This document shows, piece by piece, positions 12,547 through 22,297 of a DNA stretch of 64,000 bases. Source of the DNA: Acidobacteriota bacterium (GTDB taxonomy: Bacteria; Acidobacteriota; Terriglobia; Terriglobales; Acidobacteriaceae). Both the position numbers and the translations under genes were made by a program. Within the stretch, counting starts at the first letter, position 1. Each line of letters opens with the position of its first letter. Under the pieces are notes generated by a model that ran no database searches, was not told the DNA's origin, and was given only the letters and a program-made list of their open reading frames with translations. The stretch covers positions 26,075-90,074 of the forward strand of contig JAGWNX010000004.1 in assembly GCA_028872955.1 (NCBI GenBank), in the 5' to 3' direction.

Positions 12547-12702
12547 ATGGCAAATACCAAGAGCATTACCGACAAGACAGAGCGCAAGAAGATCAAGCGG
12601 GCAGCACGCAAGAAGGCAGCTCCGAAGGGGCCGCGGACCGGAGCTCGCGGCGAGAATAAGGCCAAGGTTAAGAAGGCAGCACGCGGCCAGTCGAAGCGCT
12701 AA
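12547..12702 (+). CDS. Small Lys/Arg/Ala-rich basic protein (51 aa), absent from the ORF track
   Basis: MANTKSITDKTERKKIKRAARKKAAPKGPRTGARGENKAKVKKAARGQSKR. Host-like codon use, fills the intergenic gap, followed by a hairpin. Confidence 0.7.
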   Translation: MANTKSITDKTERKKIKRAARKKAAPKGPRTGARGENKAKVKKAARGQSKR

Positions 12703-12723
12703 CCGGCCGAGTACGATAACCCA

Positions 12724-12765
12724 GAAGCCCGCACGTCGGCAGCAGCATGCCACGTGCGGGCCTTC
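12724..12765 (+). terminator. Stem-loop after the small basic protein gene
   Basis: GAAGCCCGCACGT...ACGTGCGGGCCTTC inverted repeat; no clear U tract. Confidence 0.5.
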
Positions 12766-12842
12766 GCATCTGGTGCAGGACACATGGGCCACCCGGCCCT
12801 GGGTGGTCAGGATGCGCAGGACCTCCCCCCGACGAACGATAG

Positions 12843-14429
12843 TTGCTGGAGGAGCGGACGCTGGGCAGACAGATCTTTGCAACCAAGTCGATCGACAAGC
12901 TGATTCACGAATCAGAACAGGCGGAGCACGCCTTGCGCAAGACGCTGGGCCCGGTCTCGCTGACGGCTCTGGGCATCGGCGCGGTCATCGGCTCTGGCAT
13001 CTTCACCGTCATCGGCGTGGCTATCGGCGGCAATCCATCCAGCCAGGCCAGTTGGACAGACTCGCCTGTGCTTGATCTGATCGTCGGCTGGCTGCACCAC
13101 ACCAGTGGCGTGGTGGCGGGACGGCCGGGTGCTGGACCTGCGCTGGCGGTATCGCTGGTGCTGGTCGCCCTTGTCTGCGCGCTCACCGGGCTCTGCTATG
13201 CGGAGCTGGCCAGCATGATTCCCATTGCAGGCTCTGCCTACACCTACACCTATGCCACGCTGGGCGAGCTGGTGGCGTGGATCATCGGCTGGGACCTGAT
13301 CCTGGAGTACGCCTTCTCGAACATGAGCGTGAGCGTGGGCTTCGCCGCGCATCTCGTCGACCTGCTGGACTGGCTGGGGCTGCACTTCTCTCCCCGATGG
13401 CTGAGCCCTGCGTATCTGCCGCTCGGCCTGCAGGCACTGGACAACAGCTGGATCTACCAGCCGGGCTGGCACGCTGGCTTCAACATTCCGGCGTTTCTCG
13501 TGGTGCTGCTGCTTACCGTCGTTCTGGTGCGCGGCATCCGCGAGTCGGCACGTACCAACAACCTGATGGTGCTGGTCAAGATTGCCGCCATCCTGGTGTT
13601 CCTCTTCTTTGGCGTCAGCTTCATCCACCCGGGCAACTATGTCCCGTTCTCGCCCAATGGCTGGAGCGGGGTGCTGGCGGGCGGCTCCATCATTTTCTTC
13701 ACCTACATCGGCTTCGACTCCGTCTCCACCGCCAGCGAGGAGTGCCGCAACCCGCAGCGCGATGTGCCCATCGGGATTCTGGCGACGCTGGTGGTATGCA
13801 CCGTGCTCTACATCGGTGTGGCGCTGGTGCTGACCGGCATGGTGCCGTGGCGCTCCGTCGCAGGCGATGGCGCGCCGGTTGTAAACGCGTTGAAGCGCGT
13901 GAGCCTGCTGCCGGGCGGCCATCGTCTGCACTGGGTGCGCCTGGCGGTGCTGGTGGGAGCCATTCTGGGTATGGTCTCCTCCATCCTGGTCTTCCAGCTC
14001 GGACAGGCGCGGGTGTGGTTTGCCATGAGCCGCGACCGGCTGCTGCCCTCGGCCTTCAGCCGCGTGCATCCGCGCTATCGCACACCGGCGTTTGCCACCT
14101 GGGTGGCGGGCGTGCTGGTCGCCATTCCAGCCGGTCTGTTTGACGTGGGCACCTTCGCCGAGATGTCGAACATCGGCACGCTCTTCGCGTTTGTCCTGGT
14201 CTCCATCGGCGTGCTGGTGCTGCGGGCGCAACAGCCTGAGCGCAGGCGCGGCTTTCGCGTGCCCTTTGGCCCTGTGGTGCCAGTGCTTAGTGTGTTCTTT
14301 TGTGTGCTGCTGATGGCTGGCCTGCCCAGCATTACCTGGGTGCGCTTCTTTGTATGGTTGGCGGTGGGGCTGCTGGTGTACGTCTTCTACTCGCGCAGGC
14401 GAAGTGAGTTTTACCGTCCACAGGCCTAA
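12843..14429 (+). CDS. APC family amino acid permease
   Basis: LGIGAVIGSGIF, CYAELASMIP.AGSAYTY, GWDLILEY, FFTYIGFD, NIGTL. The start codon is uncertain. Confidence 0.93.
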   Translation: MLEERTLGRQIFATKSIDKLIHESEQAEHALRKTLGPVSLTALGIGAVIGSGIFTVIGVAIGGNPSSQASWTDSPVLDLIVGWLHHTSGVVAGRPGAGPALAVSLVLVALVCALTGLCYAELASMIPIAGSAYTYTYATLGELVAWIIGWDLILEYAFSNMSVSVGFAAHLVDLLDWLGLHFSPRWLSPAYLPLGLQALDNSWIYQPGWHAGFNIPAFLVVLLLTVVLVRGIRESARTNNLMVLVKIAAILVFLFFGVSFIHPGNYVPFSPNGWSGVLAGGSIIFFTYIGFDSVSTASEECRNPQRDVPIGILATLVVCTVLYIGVALVLTGMVPWRSVAGDGAPVVNALKRVSLLPGGHRLHWVRLAVLVGAILGMVSSILVFQLGQARVWFAMSRDRLLPSAFSRVHPRYRTPAFATWVAGVLVAIPAGLFDVGTFAEMSNIGTLFAFVLVSIGVLVLRAQQPERRRGFRVPFGPVVPVLSVFFCVLLMAGLPSITWVRFFVWLAVGLLVYVFYSRRRSEFYRPQA

Positions 14430-14438
14430 GATAGGGGA

Positions 14439-15479
14439 ATGACCCCACGCAAAAGCGCGAAACAGAGTGAGCCGGATCCGCGGGAGTGGTTGCGCGGCCT
14501 GCCCAAGGTTGAGCTCCACCTGCACCTGGAAGGAACCATCCTGCCTGCAACCCTGCTGGAGCTAAGCCGTCGCCACGATGACGTGCCGCTTACGCCCACT
14601 GAGGCTGAGGCGCTCTATCGGTATGAGAACTTTCAGGGATTCATGGACTCCTTCAAGGCTGTCTCCTCGCGGCTGAAGGGGCCGGACGACTACGAGCTGA
14701 TCACCTACAACATGGTCCGCGAGCTGGCCGCACAGGGCGTGGTGCATGCTGAGGTCTACATCTCCTTCGGCATTCTGTACTACTGGAAGAACGCTGCGAT
14801 TGAACCCTATGTGGAGGCCATCGAGCGCGGACGCGTCCGTGCCCAGCAGGAGTTTGGCACCACCGTGCTCTGGCTCATCGATGCCGTTCGGCACTTTGGC
14901 GCGGAGGAGGGTGCGAAGGTCTTTCGCAAGGCCGCAGCGATGCGCGCGCAGTATCCCAGCATTGTGGGCATCGGCATCGGCGGCGATGAGGCACGCGGCA
15001 GCGCCGACCTCTTTCGCGAGAGCTATGCTGAGGCCAAGGCCGCCGGGCTGCGTCTGACCGCGCACGCCGGCGAGACCATTGGCCCGGAGAGCATCTGGTC
15101 CGCCATCAACATTGGAGCCGAGCGCCTGGGCCACGCGCTGAGCGCACAGCATGACGAGGAGCTGATCGGCGTGCTGGCCGAGAAGCAGATTCCGCTGGAA
15201 CTGAACGTGACCAGCAACATCCGCACCGGCTGCTGCCCGTCGTTTGACGCCCATCCCGTGCGGCAGTACTTCGAGAGCGGGCTGATGGTCACCATCAACT
15301 CCGACGACCCGCCCATGTTTGGCACCAACCTGCTGGAGGAGTATCTGCTGCTGCATCAGCGGTACGAGTTCACCCTGCAACAGATGCGCGAGCTGGCCGC
15401 GAACGCCGTGGAGGCGAGCTTTCTGCCACCAGCGGAAAAGCTTGCGCTGCTGCAGCGGGTGGAGCAGTACGGCTACTAG
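14439..15479 (+). CDS. add: Adenosine/adenine deaminase
   Basis: LPKVELHLHLEG, HAGE, RLGH, NSDDP. Confidence 0.9.
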   Translation: MTPRKSAKQSEPDPREWLRGLPKVELHLHLEGTILPATLLELSRRHDDVPLTPTEAEALYRYENFQGFMDSFKAVSSRLKGPDDYELITYNMVRELAAQGVVHAEVYISFGILYYWKNAAIEPYVEAIERGRVRAQQEFGTTVLWLIDAVRHFGAEEGAKVFRKAAAMRAQYPSIVGIGIGGDEARGSADLFRESYAEAKAAGLRLTAHAGETIGPESIWSAINIGAERLGHALSAQHDEELIGVLAEKQIPLELNVTSNIRTGCCPSFDAHPVRQYFESGLMVTINSDDPPMFGTNLLEEYLLLHQRYEFTLQQMRELAANAVEASFLPPAEKLALLQRVEQYGY

Positions 15480-16072
15480 CGACCGTCTGGCGCGGGCACC
15501 ATCACGGCGTTCGGGTCTACGCGCGGAATGCCGAAGTGGCCGCTCAGGTGCACCAGGTCCAGCGGACGCAGATCACAGGCCACCTGAATCACGCTCATGT
15601 CGCGGGAGCTGCGGGCCAGCACGGTGACGCCGTCGATGTCGCCACCAACATAGTGCAACCATAGATCCGTAACCATGCCCCGGGGCTGGGCGGTGTTGCC
15701 GCCCGTCTGGTTGACGTTCACCAGGTGCTTCCATCCAGCAGCGTGATAGCTGCGGTTCAGCGACTCCAGGGCCTCGGGCGCATAGAACGCGGGGCTGGAG
15801 TAGCGGTAGGTATCCACGGCGATGCTGTGCAGCGCGGCAGTGGCGCGAGCGCTCTCCAGCCCGCCCTGCACCAGCACCTGCTGGGCCTGTTGCAGCATGT
15901 CACGATCAAAGACGAAGCCGGTGTGTGTGGCAGTCTGGCTGGAGAGAGTGCTTAACGCGTCCTGAACTCCAGGCGGCTGCTGGGCGAGCGCAACCGATGT
16001 GGCGAGTGGAGCCAGCGCTGCCAGCGCAAGAGCAGCAAGTGAACGACGTAGCGTGCGGCGATGCAGTTCCAT
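15476..16072 (-). CDS. Secreted hypothetical protein
   Basis: Signal peptide ending ALA-QQ, GGAG SD, host-like codon use. Confidence 0.7.
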   Translation of the reverse strand: MELHRRTLRRSLAALALAALAPLATSVALAQQPPGVQDALSTLSSQTATHTGFVFDRDMLQQAQQVLVQGGLESARATAALHSIAVDTYRYSSPAFYAPEALESLNRSYHAAGWKHLVNVNQTGGNTAQPRGMVTDLWLHYVGGDIDGVTVLARSSRDMSVIQVACDLRPLDLVHLSGHFGIPRVDPNAVMVPAPDGR

Positions 16073-16150
16073 GGTCGAAACTCCCTGCACCGTTAGACCC
16101 CAACCAGCGGCTGGAGTTATCGCGTCCGGCTAGGATTTTACGACCGCCCC

Positions 16151-17158
16151 CTACTGCAGAGGCCGCGGCGAGAAGTAGCCCTTCTGGGCGCGCACGTGGA
16201 AGCGCGGGTCCAGCGCCTGCAGGTAGATCGTCCGGAAGGAGCCATCCATCTTTAGGCCAGCCGGTCGGTAGACCAGCAGGTACTGGCTGCGCAGCTCTTC
16301 TTCGATGTTGTGGAAGCCGGTCGCCACGTCTTCGATCTTGACCGGATAGAACGCCTGGCCGCCAGTGGCCTCAGCGATCTGGCGCAGAACGTCGTCACCC
16401 TTGTCCTTGCTGGGGCTTACGTTGGTGCTGATGGCGTAGACGATGGTCTGCGCGCGCTGACACATCTTGATGGCGTCCGACTCCTCCACGCGGGAGTAGT
16501 TGTCGTCGCCGTCGGAGACCAGGATGAGCGCGCGCCGCACGGCTGTCGCTTCGTGCAGGGTCAACATCTGGTCGCGGCAGGTCTTGTAGAGCGAGTCAAA
16601 CATCGCCGTGCCACCGCCCGGCCGCAGCTTGCGAATGCCCTGGTTCAGCAGGTCGATGTTGTTTGTAAACGGCTGCTCCAGATCCGTCGCGATGTCAAAG
16701 CCCTCAACAAAGGCGCGGTCGTTCAGATGCAGCACCTGCAGCAGGAACTCGATGGCCGAGTCCTGCTCAAACTGAAAGCGCTGCCGGATGGAGCTGGAGG
16801 TATCCAGCATGATGCCGACGCGCAGCGGCAAGTTGGTCTGCTGGCGGAAGTCGAGCACCGCCGACGGAGGACGTCCATCGTCCAGCAGGCCGAAGTTCTC
16901 GCGGCGCAGATCCTTGATAAAGCGGCCCTTCTTGTCCACCACGGTGAAGATGAGGTTCACTTCGTTCGCCTGGACTTTGATGGTGGTGATGGGCTCTTCC
17001 GACTGCTGCGCATCGGCAGCCGGTGCCGCGGCAGCAGCAGGCGCAGAGTCCTGCTGTTGCGCCTGGAGACCGGAGGCAGCGCCGAAGATCGCGAGCAGCA
17101 TCGCCACCGGAAGCACACGGCGCAGGAAAGGGGAGGAGGTAAGGCACGGGTCGTTCAC
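16151..17158 (-). CDS. VWA domain protein (acidobacterial VWFA-related type)
   Basis: Signal peptide, MIDAS DTSSS, GGT, SDGDD, TGG, ELRSQY. Confidence 0.9.
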   Translation of the reverse strand: MNDPCLTSSPFLRRVLPVAMLLAIFGAASGLQAQQQDSAPAAAAAPAADAQQSEEPITTIKVQANEVNLIFTVVDKKGRFIKDLRRENFGLLDDGRPPSAVLDFRQQTNLPLRVGIMLDTSSSIRQRFQFEQDSAIEFLLQVLHLNDRAFVEGFDIATDLEQPFTNNIDLLNQGIRKLRPGGGTAMFDSLYKTCRDQMLTLHEATAVRRALILVSDGDDNYSRVEESDAIKMCQRAQTIVYAISTNVSPSKDKGDDVLRQIAEATGGQAFYPVKIEDVATGFHNIEEELRSQYLLVYRPAGLKMDGSFRTIYLQALDPRFHVRAQKGYFSPRPLQ

Positions 17159-18300
17159 AGTGTTGATTTTACCGAATCCAGCGCCGCACCGACACGCAGT
17201 GCCGCCAGCAAAGACTCCAACTCGACCGGCAGTGGTGCCGTAAGGTCCAGCGTGCTGCCCGTTCGGGGATGCCGCAGCACCAGATGAGCCGCGTGCAGGA
17301 AGTTCCGCTCGAGCGCCAGTTCCGGTGCATCGGGCGCGTGCAGCTGATGCGGCGCGCCGTACAGCGTATCGCCTACCACGGGGTGGCCCAGCGCCTGCAG
17401 GTGGACTCGAATCTGGTGGGTGCGTCCCGTCTCAATGTGCACCTCCACCAGCGAAAAGGCCCCGTAGCGCGACTGCAACCGCTCCAGCACGTGCACATGC
17501 GAGATAGCTGAGCGTGCCCCGGGTACGTCCGGCCCGCGACGCGTCGTCATGCGCGTGCGGCGCAGCAGGTCACGGGCGACGGGCAGCGTGATCGTGGTGT
17601 CGTCCTTCGGTACATGCCCGTGCACCAGCGCAAGGTAGGTCTTCTCCAGCGCCCGGGCCGCGAACATCTCGCCCAGTTTGCGGTGCGTCACATCATCCTT
17701 GGCCACCAGAATCAGACCGCTGGTCTGCTTGTCGAGTCGATGGACGATGCCGGGGCGCAAGTCTCCGCCCACCCCCGAGAGCTGCTGAAAGTGGAAGAGC
17801 AGCGCGTTCACCAGGGTGCCGCGATTCCGCTCGTCGTCGCTGGCACCGGCCCCGGCATGCACGGTCATGCCGGCGGGCTTGTCGATGACGGCCAGGTAGG
17901 TGTCCTCGTAGACGATACGGAGCGGAATCTCCTCTGGCGTGGCGTGCAACGGCTCCGGGTGGGGTGCGCCATGAATCTCCACCTGCTCCCCGCCAGCCAG
18001 CTTCCGCTTCGGCTTTGCGGTCTGGCCATGCACCAGCACCTGTCCGGAGTCGATGAGCAACTGCACGCGCGCCCGGGAGATCTCCGGTATCGCCTGGGTC
18101 AGATACTGGTCCAGGCGCAATCCAGCCGCAGCAGCGGGCACGGTCAGCACCCGCACCGCATCGTCGGTCAGCGCATCGTCCTCCAGCTCCAGTTGCGGAA
18201 TCGGCTCCGGCTCCGGTGCCTCCACACCGCGGGTGGCGACGTACTGCGGTCGCACGGTGCGTCGGCGCTGGCCCTTCGGCAGCATATTCTTAGAGGGCAT
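17155..18300 (-). CDS. rluD: RluA/RluD family pseudouridine synthase
   Basis: S4 domain RLDQYL, DKPAG, IVHRLDKQTSG, ETGRTHQIRVH, GHPVVGD. Confidence 0.9.
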   Translation of the reverse strand: MPSKNMLPKGQRRRTVRPQYVATRGVEAPEPEPIPQLELEDDALTDDAVRVLTVPAAAAGLRLDQYLTQAIPEISRARVQLLIDSGQVLVHGQTAKPKRKLAGGEQVEIHGAPHPEPLHATPEEIPLRIVYEDTYLAVIDKPAGMTVHAGAGASDDERNRGTLVNALLFHFQQLSGVGGDLRPGIVHRLDKQTSGLILVAKDDVTHRKLGEMFAARALEKTYLALVHGHVPKDDTTITLPVARDLLRRTRMTTRRGPDVPGARSAISHVHVLERLQSRYGAFSLVEVHIETGRTHQIRVHLQALGHPVVGDTLYGAPHQLHAPDAPELALERNFLHAAHLVLRHPRTGSTLDLTAPLPVELESLLAALRVGAALDSVKSTL

Positions 18301-19078
18301 CGGCAGCACGCTCCGGGGCCGGGACCGACTGCGGCCCCAGCAGATAGATCACCCCGCCAGCAAAGCACAGAAGCAGAGCGAGCCACTGGATGGGATCGAG
18401 CATCGCAGCCATCCCGCTGGGAAGCGCCGAGTCTTCAAAGCTCGGCTGTCGCAGGAAGGTCAACAGGAACTCTGCCAGCCCCGACACCAGCAGCGCCAGC
18501 GCAGCCGTGCGTCCTGCAGGCAGAGCCCGGCGCAGGGTAGCCAGCAGCAGGGCCGTGGTGCCCAGTGCAGCAAGCGCTGCGTACAGAGCCACAGGATAAA
18601 GATGCGTAAGACCGCTGGGCGATGGGATGCTGGTCACCCAGTTGACTGGGCTTGCCGTCACCATGCCGGGATCGCTGCCGTCGGCCAGATGTGCCGCAGC
18701 GAGGAAGGCCCACACCAGTGTGGCGCACGGAGCCCAGGCGTCCAGCACGCACAGAAGCGGCAGACGCTGCACCCGCAGGTAGATCACCGTGCAGAGCAGC
18801 GTGAGCCACACGCCCGTGGCGGAGAGGCTGGGCAGCGTGAGCAGCAGCAGCGGTGCGGCTAGAAAGCTGGACAGGTTGGTGAGCACCAGAACCAGCCGCG
18901 AGAGGACAAACGCCGCCAACATGGCAAACAGCGAGGCATCCCACACGCGTTCCGCATCCAGGCCCACACGCTTTGCCGTGCGCTGCGAAAGTCCCAGGGC
19001 CGCCATCAGCCCAAGCGCGGCAAGGGCGCCGTAGGTGGGCACCACGAACCGGCCGAGGTGGAGAAGATAAGGATGCAT
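18290..19078 (-). CDS. Divergent prolipoprotein diacylglyceryl transferase (Lgt)-like protein
   Basis: N-terminal MHPYLLHLGRFVVPTYG, LDAWAP, YPVALY, EFLLTFLR; several catalytic residues look substituted. Confidence 0.7.
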   Translation of the reverse strand: MHPYLLHLGRFVVPTYGALAALGLMAALGLSQRTAKRVGLDAERVWDASLFAMLAAFVLSRLVLVLTNLSSFLAAPLLLLTLPSLSATGVWLTLLCTVIYLRVQRLPLLCVLDAWAPCATLVWAFLAAAHLADGSDPGMVTASPVNWVTSIPSPSGLTHLYPVALYAALAALGTTALLLATLRRALPAGRTAALALLVSGLAEFLLTFLRQPSFEDSALPSGMAAMLDPIQWLALLLCFAGGVIYLLGPQSVPAPERAADAL

Positions 19079-19111
19079 CACTGGAGGCTGCCGGAGTCGG
19101 CAGCGATGAGG

Positions 19112-19310
19112 TAAGAAAACCGACCCGCGGGGCCGTGTGCGAAGCGCTGGTGAACCCGTCCTAAGACGGTGGGACCCTGCCGTGGTTCTTTAGGCATTCC
19201 GGACTGGCGGACGTTGCACACCGAACCATGTATACGAGCCAGGCCCCTGTTCAATGAATGTTGGTTCAACCAGCGGGGATCGCGGCACCTGCTTTGCAGG
19301 CCGGTCTCTT
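19112..19310 (-). ncRNA. ssrS: 6S RNA
   Basis: About 200 nt directly downstream of zapA (conserved zapA-ssrS synteny). The termini pair (ACCGGCCTGC/GCGGGTCGGT), as do CGCTGGTTGAACC/GGTTCACCAGCG, giving a long rod-like fold. Ends are approximate. Confidence 0.8.
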
Positions 19311-19399
19311 AGCTTGGATGCTACTTGCTACTCCGGGGAATGGCAAGTTGACGGCAGTTGAGTGAATTTGACCTCATCACCCTGCGGCTGCTCCCATTG

Positions 19400-19768
19400 C
19401 TAACCGACCTTGCGGTCTTCCAGCACCTCGTCCAGCATGCCGGCCAGCGAGCCTGCGCGTGAGCGCATGCTGCTCTGGGACTGCGAGACGCTGCCCGAGA
19501 GCTGATCGTAGCGCTGACGAAGCGTCGCCAGCTCATCGGCGATATTGAGCGCGGCCAGCACGGCCACACGCAGAGAATCCACCGTGCTGCCGTGCGTGGC
19601 CACGGCGCGCATCTTCGCATCCACAGATTGCGCCAGCTGCTGAATGTAGCCTGGGTCCGTGCCGCGCAGATGGTAGACCTGGTCGTAGATATCGACCGTC
19701 ACAGCCTCAGGGGCTGCGGCTTGCGTGCTGGGGGCTGGCATCGGGTTAGGCTCAAGCATGTCGTCCAT
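19400..19768 (-). CDS. zapA: Cell division protein ZapA
   Basis: VTVDIYDQVYHLRG..AQSVDAKM..VAVLAALNIADEL; GGAGG SD. Confidence 0.92.
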   Translation of the reverse strand: MDDMLEPNPMPAPSTQAAAPEAVTVDIYDQVYHLRGTDPGYIQQLAQSVDAKMRAVATHGSTVDSLRVAVLAALNIADELATLRQRYDQLSGSVSQSQSSMRSRAGSLAGMLDEVLEDRKVG

Positions 19769-19792
19769 CTTGCCTCCTTCGATTCGGGGAGC

Positions 19793-20050
19793 TTAGAGGA
19801 GTTCGTCGATCTGCTGCAGCATCTTCTCCACCCGCAGGCGCACGGTGTCTCGCTCCTGGGTAAGCAGGTTCAACTGGGTGTTGGCTGCGGCCTGCTCGGC
19901 TGCCTGCGCAGCAAGCTGCTCGCGCAACAGGGCGACTTCGGCCTCGGCGGCTGCCCGGGCCTCACGCTCGCGCTTTACGATCTCGACAGCGCGCAGAACC
20001 TTCTGTTCGAGAGCCTGAAACTCATCGACGCTGATTGTAGCGGTGCTCAT
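19793..20050 (-). CDS. ZapB-like coiled-coil protein
   Basis: 85-aa continuous coiled coil (FQALEQKV..RVEKMLQQI) directly upstream of zapA. Confidence 0.75.
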   Translation of the reverse strand: MSTATISVDEFQALEQKVLRAVEIVKREREARAAAEAEVALLREQLAAQAAEQAAANTQLNLLTQERDTVRLRVEKMLQQIDELL

Positions 20051-20096
20051 ATTTCTGAAGTATAGACGTCCGTGCCGTGGAATTCGTGGGCGAAAT

Positions 20097-22157
20097 CTAC
20101 GCCCGCTGCGTGCCACCCAGCGCAGTCAGTGCGTTGACGATCTGTGCCTGCCAGGCCGCCAGCTCATCCTCGCGCAACGTCCGCTCCTGCGACTGGAAGA
20201 CCGCGCGCACCAGCAGCGAGTAGACGCCAGGAAACTTCTTGTGGTCGCGCCATACCTCAACCGGCCGCAGCGTCTGCAGCTCTGCAACTCCGAGGCCCAG
20301 AATCGCCTGCTCCGCCGCGCCCCACGCCACTGCTTCCGGAAAGACGAACGAGAAGTCGCGCTCCACGGCCTGGTAGCGCGAGAGCTCGCGTGCCGTAATG
20401 TGGCGAAGGGAGAGCTGGTACAGTGCGCCCAGGTCAAGTTGAGCCAGGTAGACCGGCTGGCGCAGCTTGCGCGCAGCCTGCTGGGCCGAAGCCAGTTCGC
20501 CAAAGCTGGCGAGCGCCTGGCCGTTGACCAGCACCGTGGCGCCGCGACCGGGCTCGGCCCAGGCTGGCGCAGCGGCGGTGAACGCCACACTCTCGGTAGC
20601 AAATAACGAGAGCAACGACTCCAGCACACCCTTCAGCTCAAAGATCGGCGCGTCCTGGGCGGAGTACAGCGTGCTGGCCACCACCGGGCCGGTCAGGCCC
20701 AGCGCCAGTTGCGGCGTCTCCACCACGCACTGCGTGGTACCGGTAAAGGCCTGCCCCTGCTCAAACAGCCTCACCTGCTTCACATCGCGATTCAGGTTGT
20801 GCGCGAGCATGGCTGCCATGCCGGGCAGCAGTGAGGGTCGCAGCAGCGACGCCTCTTCCGAAAGCGGATTCTCCAGCGCAATGCTTCCCTGCCCCGGCGT
20901 GCCAAAGAGTTCTGCGTCCTGCTGGCTGGCGAAGGTGCTGGAGATGGACTCCGAGTACCCCAGTGCGAGCAGCCGCGTGCGCACGGCAGCTTCGCGGGCA
21001 GCGGTGGCATGCGCCACCACGACACCGGGTGTGGGCAGCGTATTGGCAAAGCGGTTGTAGCCGTAGACGCGGGCGATCTCCTCCACCAGGTCGATCTCGC
21101 GCTCCAGGTCGAGCCGCCACGAGGGCAGCTGCACCGCAAAGGAGTCCGGCGTCTGCTCGGTCAGCGTGCAGCCCAGCGCGCTCAGGTACTGCGCCACAAT
21201 CTCGCGGGTAATGCCCTCCGGATGCACGGTCGTGCCCAGGTGGCGCTGCACCTGCTGGACGGAGAGCGCAATGGGCGGCCGCTGCGCGGTGCGCGCCTGC
21301 ACCGACGGCACCACAACGTCCACCAGCTCGCCCTCAATCGTTCCGCCAGATTGCAGAATGAGCCGCGAGACCAGGTCGTTGGCAACGGGAGCGGCGTTGA
21401 AGTCTGCGCCACGCTCAAAGCGGTGCGAGGCATCCGTATGCAGCAGGTGGCGACGCGAACTGCGACGGATGCTGGCGGGGTCAAACCACGCAGCCTCAAC
21501 CAGAATGTGTTTGGTCTCCGCCGTAATCATGGAGTCCCAGCCGCCCATCACGCCCGCCAGTGCCAACGCCTTCTTCTCGTCGGCCACCACCAGGTCATCG
21601 GCCTCCAGGGTGCGCTCCGTGCCATCCAGCAGACGCAGCTTCTCTCCCCGGCGAGCCAGCCGCACCACAATGCCGCCCTCAATCTTGTCCAGGTCAAAGG
21701 CGTGGGTGGGGTGCCCCATGCCCAGCAGGGTAAAGTTCGAGGCATCGACGGCGTTGGAGATGAGCTTCTGCCCCAACAGGTTGAAGTAGTGCGCAACCAT
21801 GCCCGTGCTGGGCGCAATGGTGACGTTGCGTAACACCCGGGCAGTAAAGCGACCACACAGCTCTGGCGCCTCAATGCGTACCGGGAACGGCGCTGCCGGG
21901 GTGGCGGCGGGCAGCGCGGTAGAGTGCGGTGCCAGCGGCAGGTCATAGATGGTGGCCGCCTCGCGCGCGATGCCGTAGTGGTTCATCGCGTCCACGCGAT
22001 TGGTGGTGATGTCCATCTCAAAGAGGTGGCCATCCGGGCCAAGCGAGTGGACACCCTCCACGGCGATACCGCGAAGTGTCAGGTCCTGAGCAAGTTGTTG
22101 GTCGTCCACGGCGATATCCGGGACGGCGGAGCGGAGCCAGCTGGTGAGAATCTTCAT
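20097..22157 (-). CDS. pheT: Phenylalanine-tRNA ligase beta subunit (lacks the B2 domain)
   Basis: ITTNRVD..GIARE, B3/4 domain, PSWRLDLEREIDLVEEIARVYGY, NPLSEE..LRPSL, FDX-ACB RDFSF; 686 aa. Confidence 0.95.
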   Translation of the reverse strand: MKILTSWLRSAVPDIAVDDQQLAQDLTLRGIAVEGVHSLGPDGHLFEMDITTNRVDAMNHYGIAREAATIYDLPLAPHSTALPAATPAAPFPVRIEAPELCGRFTARVLRNVTIAPSTGMVAHYFNLLGQKLISNAVDASNFTLLGMGHPTHAFDLDKIEGGIVVRLARRGEKLRLLDGTERTLEADDLVVADEKKALALAGVMGGWDSMITAETKHILVEAAWFDPASIRRSSRRHLLHTDASHRFERGADFNAAPVANDLVSRLILQSGGTIEGELVDVVVPSVQARTAQRPPIALSVQQVQRHLGTTVHPEGITREIVAQYLSALGCTLTEQTPDSFAVQLPSWRLDLEREIDLVEEIARVYGYNRFANTLPTPGVVVAHATAAREAAVRTRLLALGYSESISSTFASQQDAELFGTPGQGSIALENPLSEEASLLRPSLLPGMAAMLAHNLNRDVKQVRLFEQGQAFTGTTQCVVETPQLALGLTGPVVASTLYSAQDAPIFELKGVLESLLSLFATESVAFTAAAPAWAEPGRGATVLVNGQALASFGELASAQQAARKLRQPVYLAQLDLGALYQLSLRHITARELSRYQAVERDFSFVFPEAVAWGAAEQAILGLGVAELQTLRPVEVWRDHKKFPGVYSLLVRAVFQSQERTLREDELAAWQAQIVNALTALGGTQRA

Positions 22158-22297
22158 GACGGACCGTACCAGTCTAAATGCTGCGAGGTACCCTGGCGCA
22201 GATGAGGCTGCAGGAATGGCCCCACGAGCACCTGTCGGCAGCCTGAAGTCCGCCACTTCAGGTATGCTTCGGTCAGTTTCCCGCCAGGAGGAAGACG

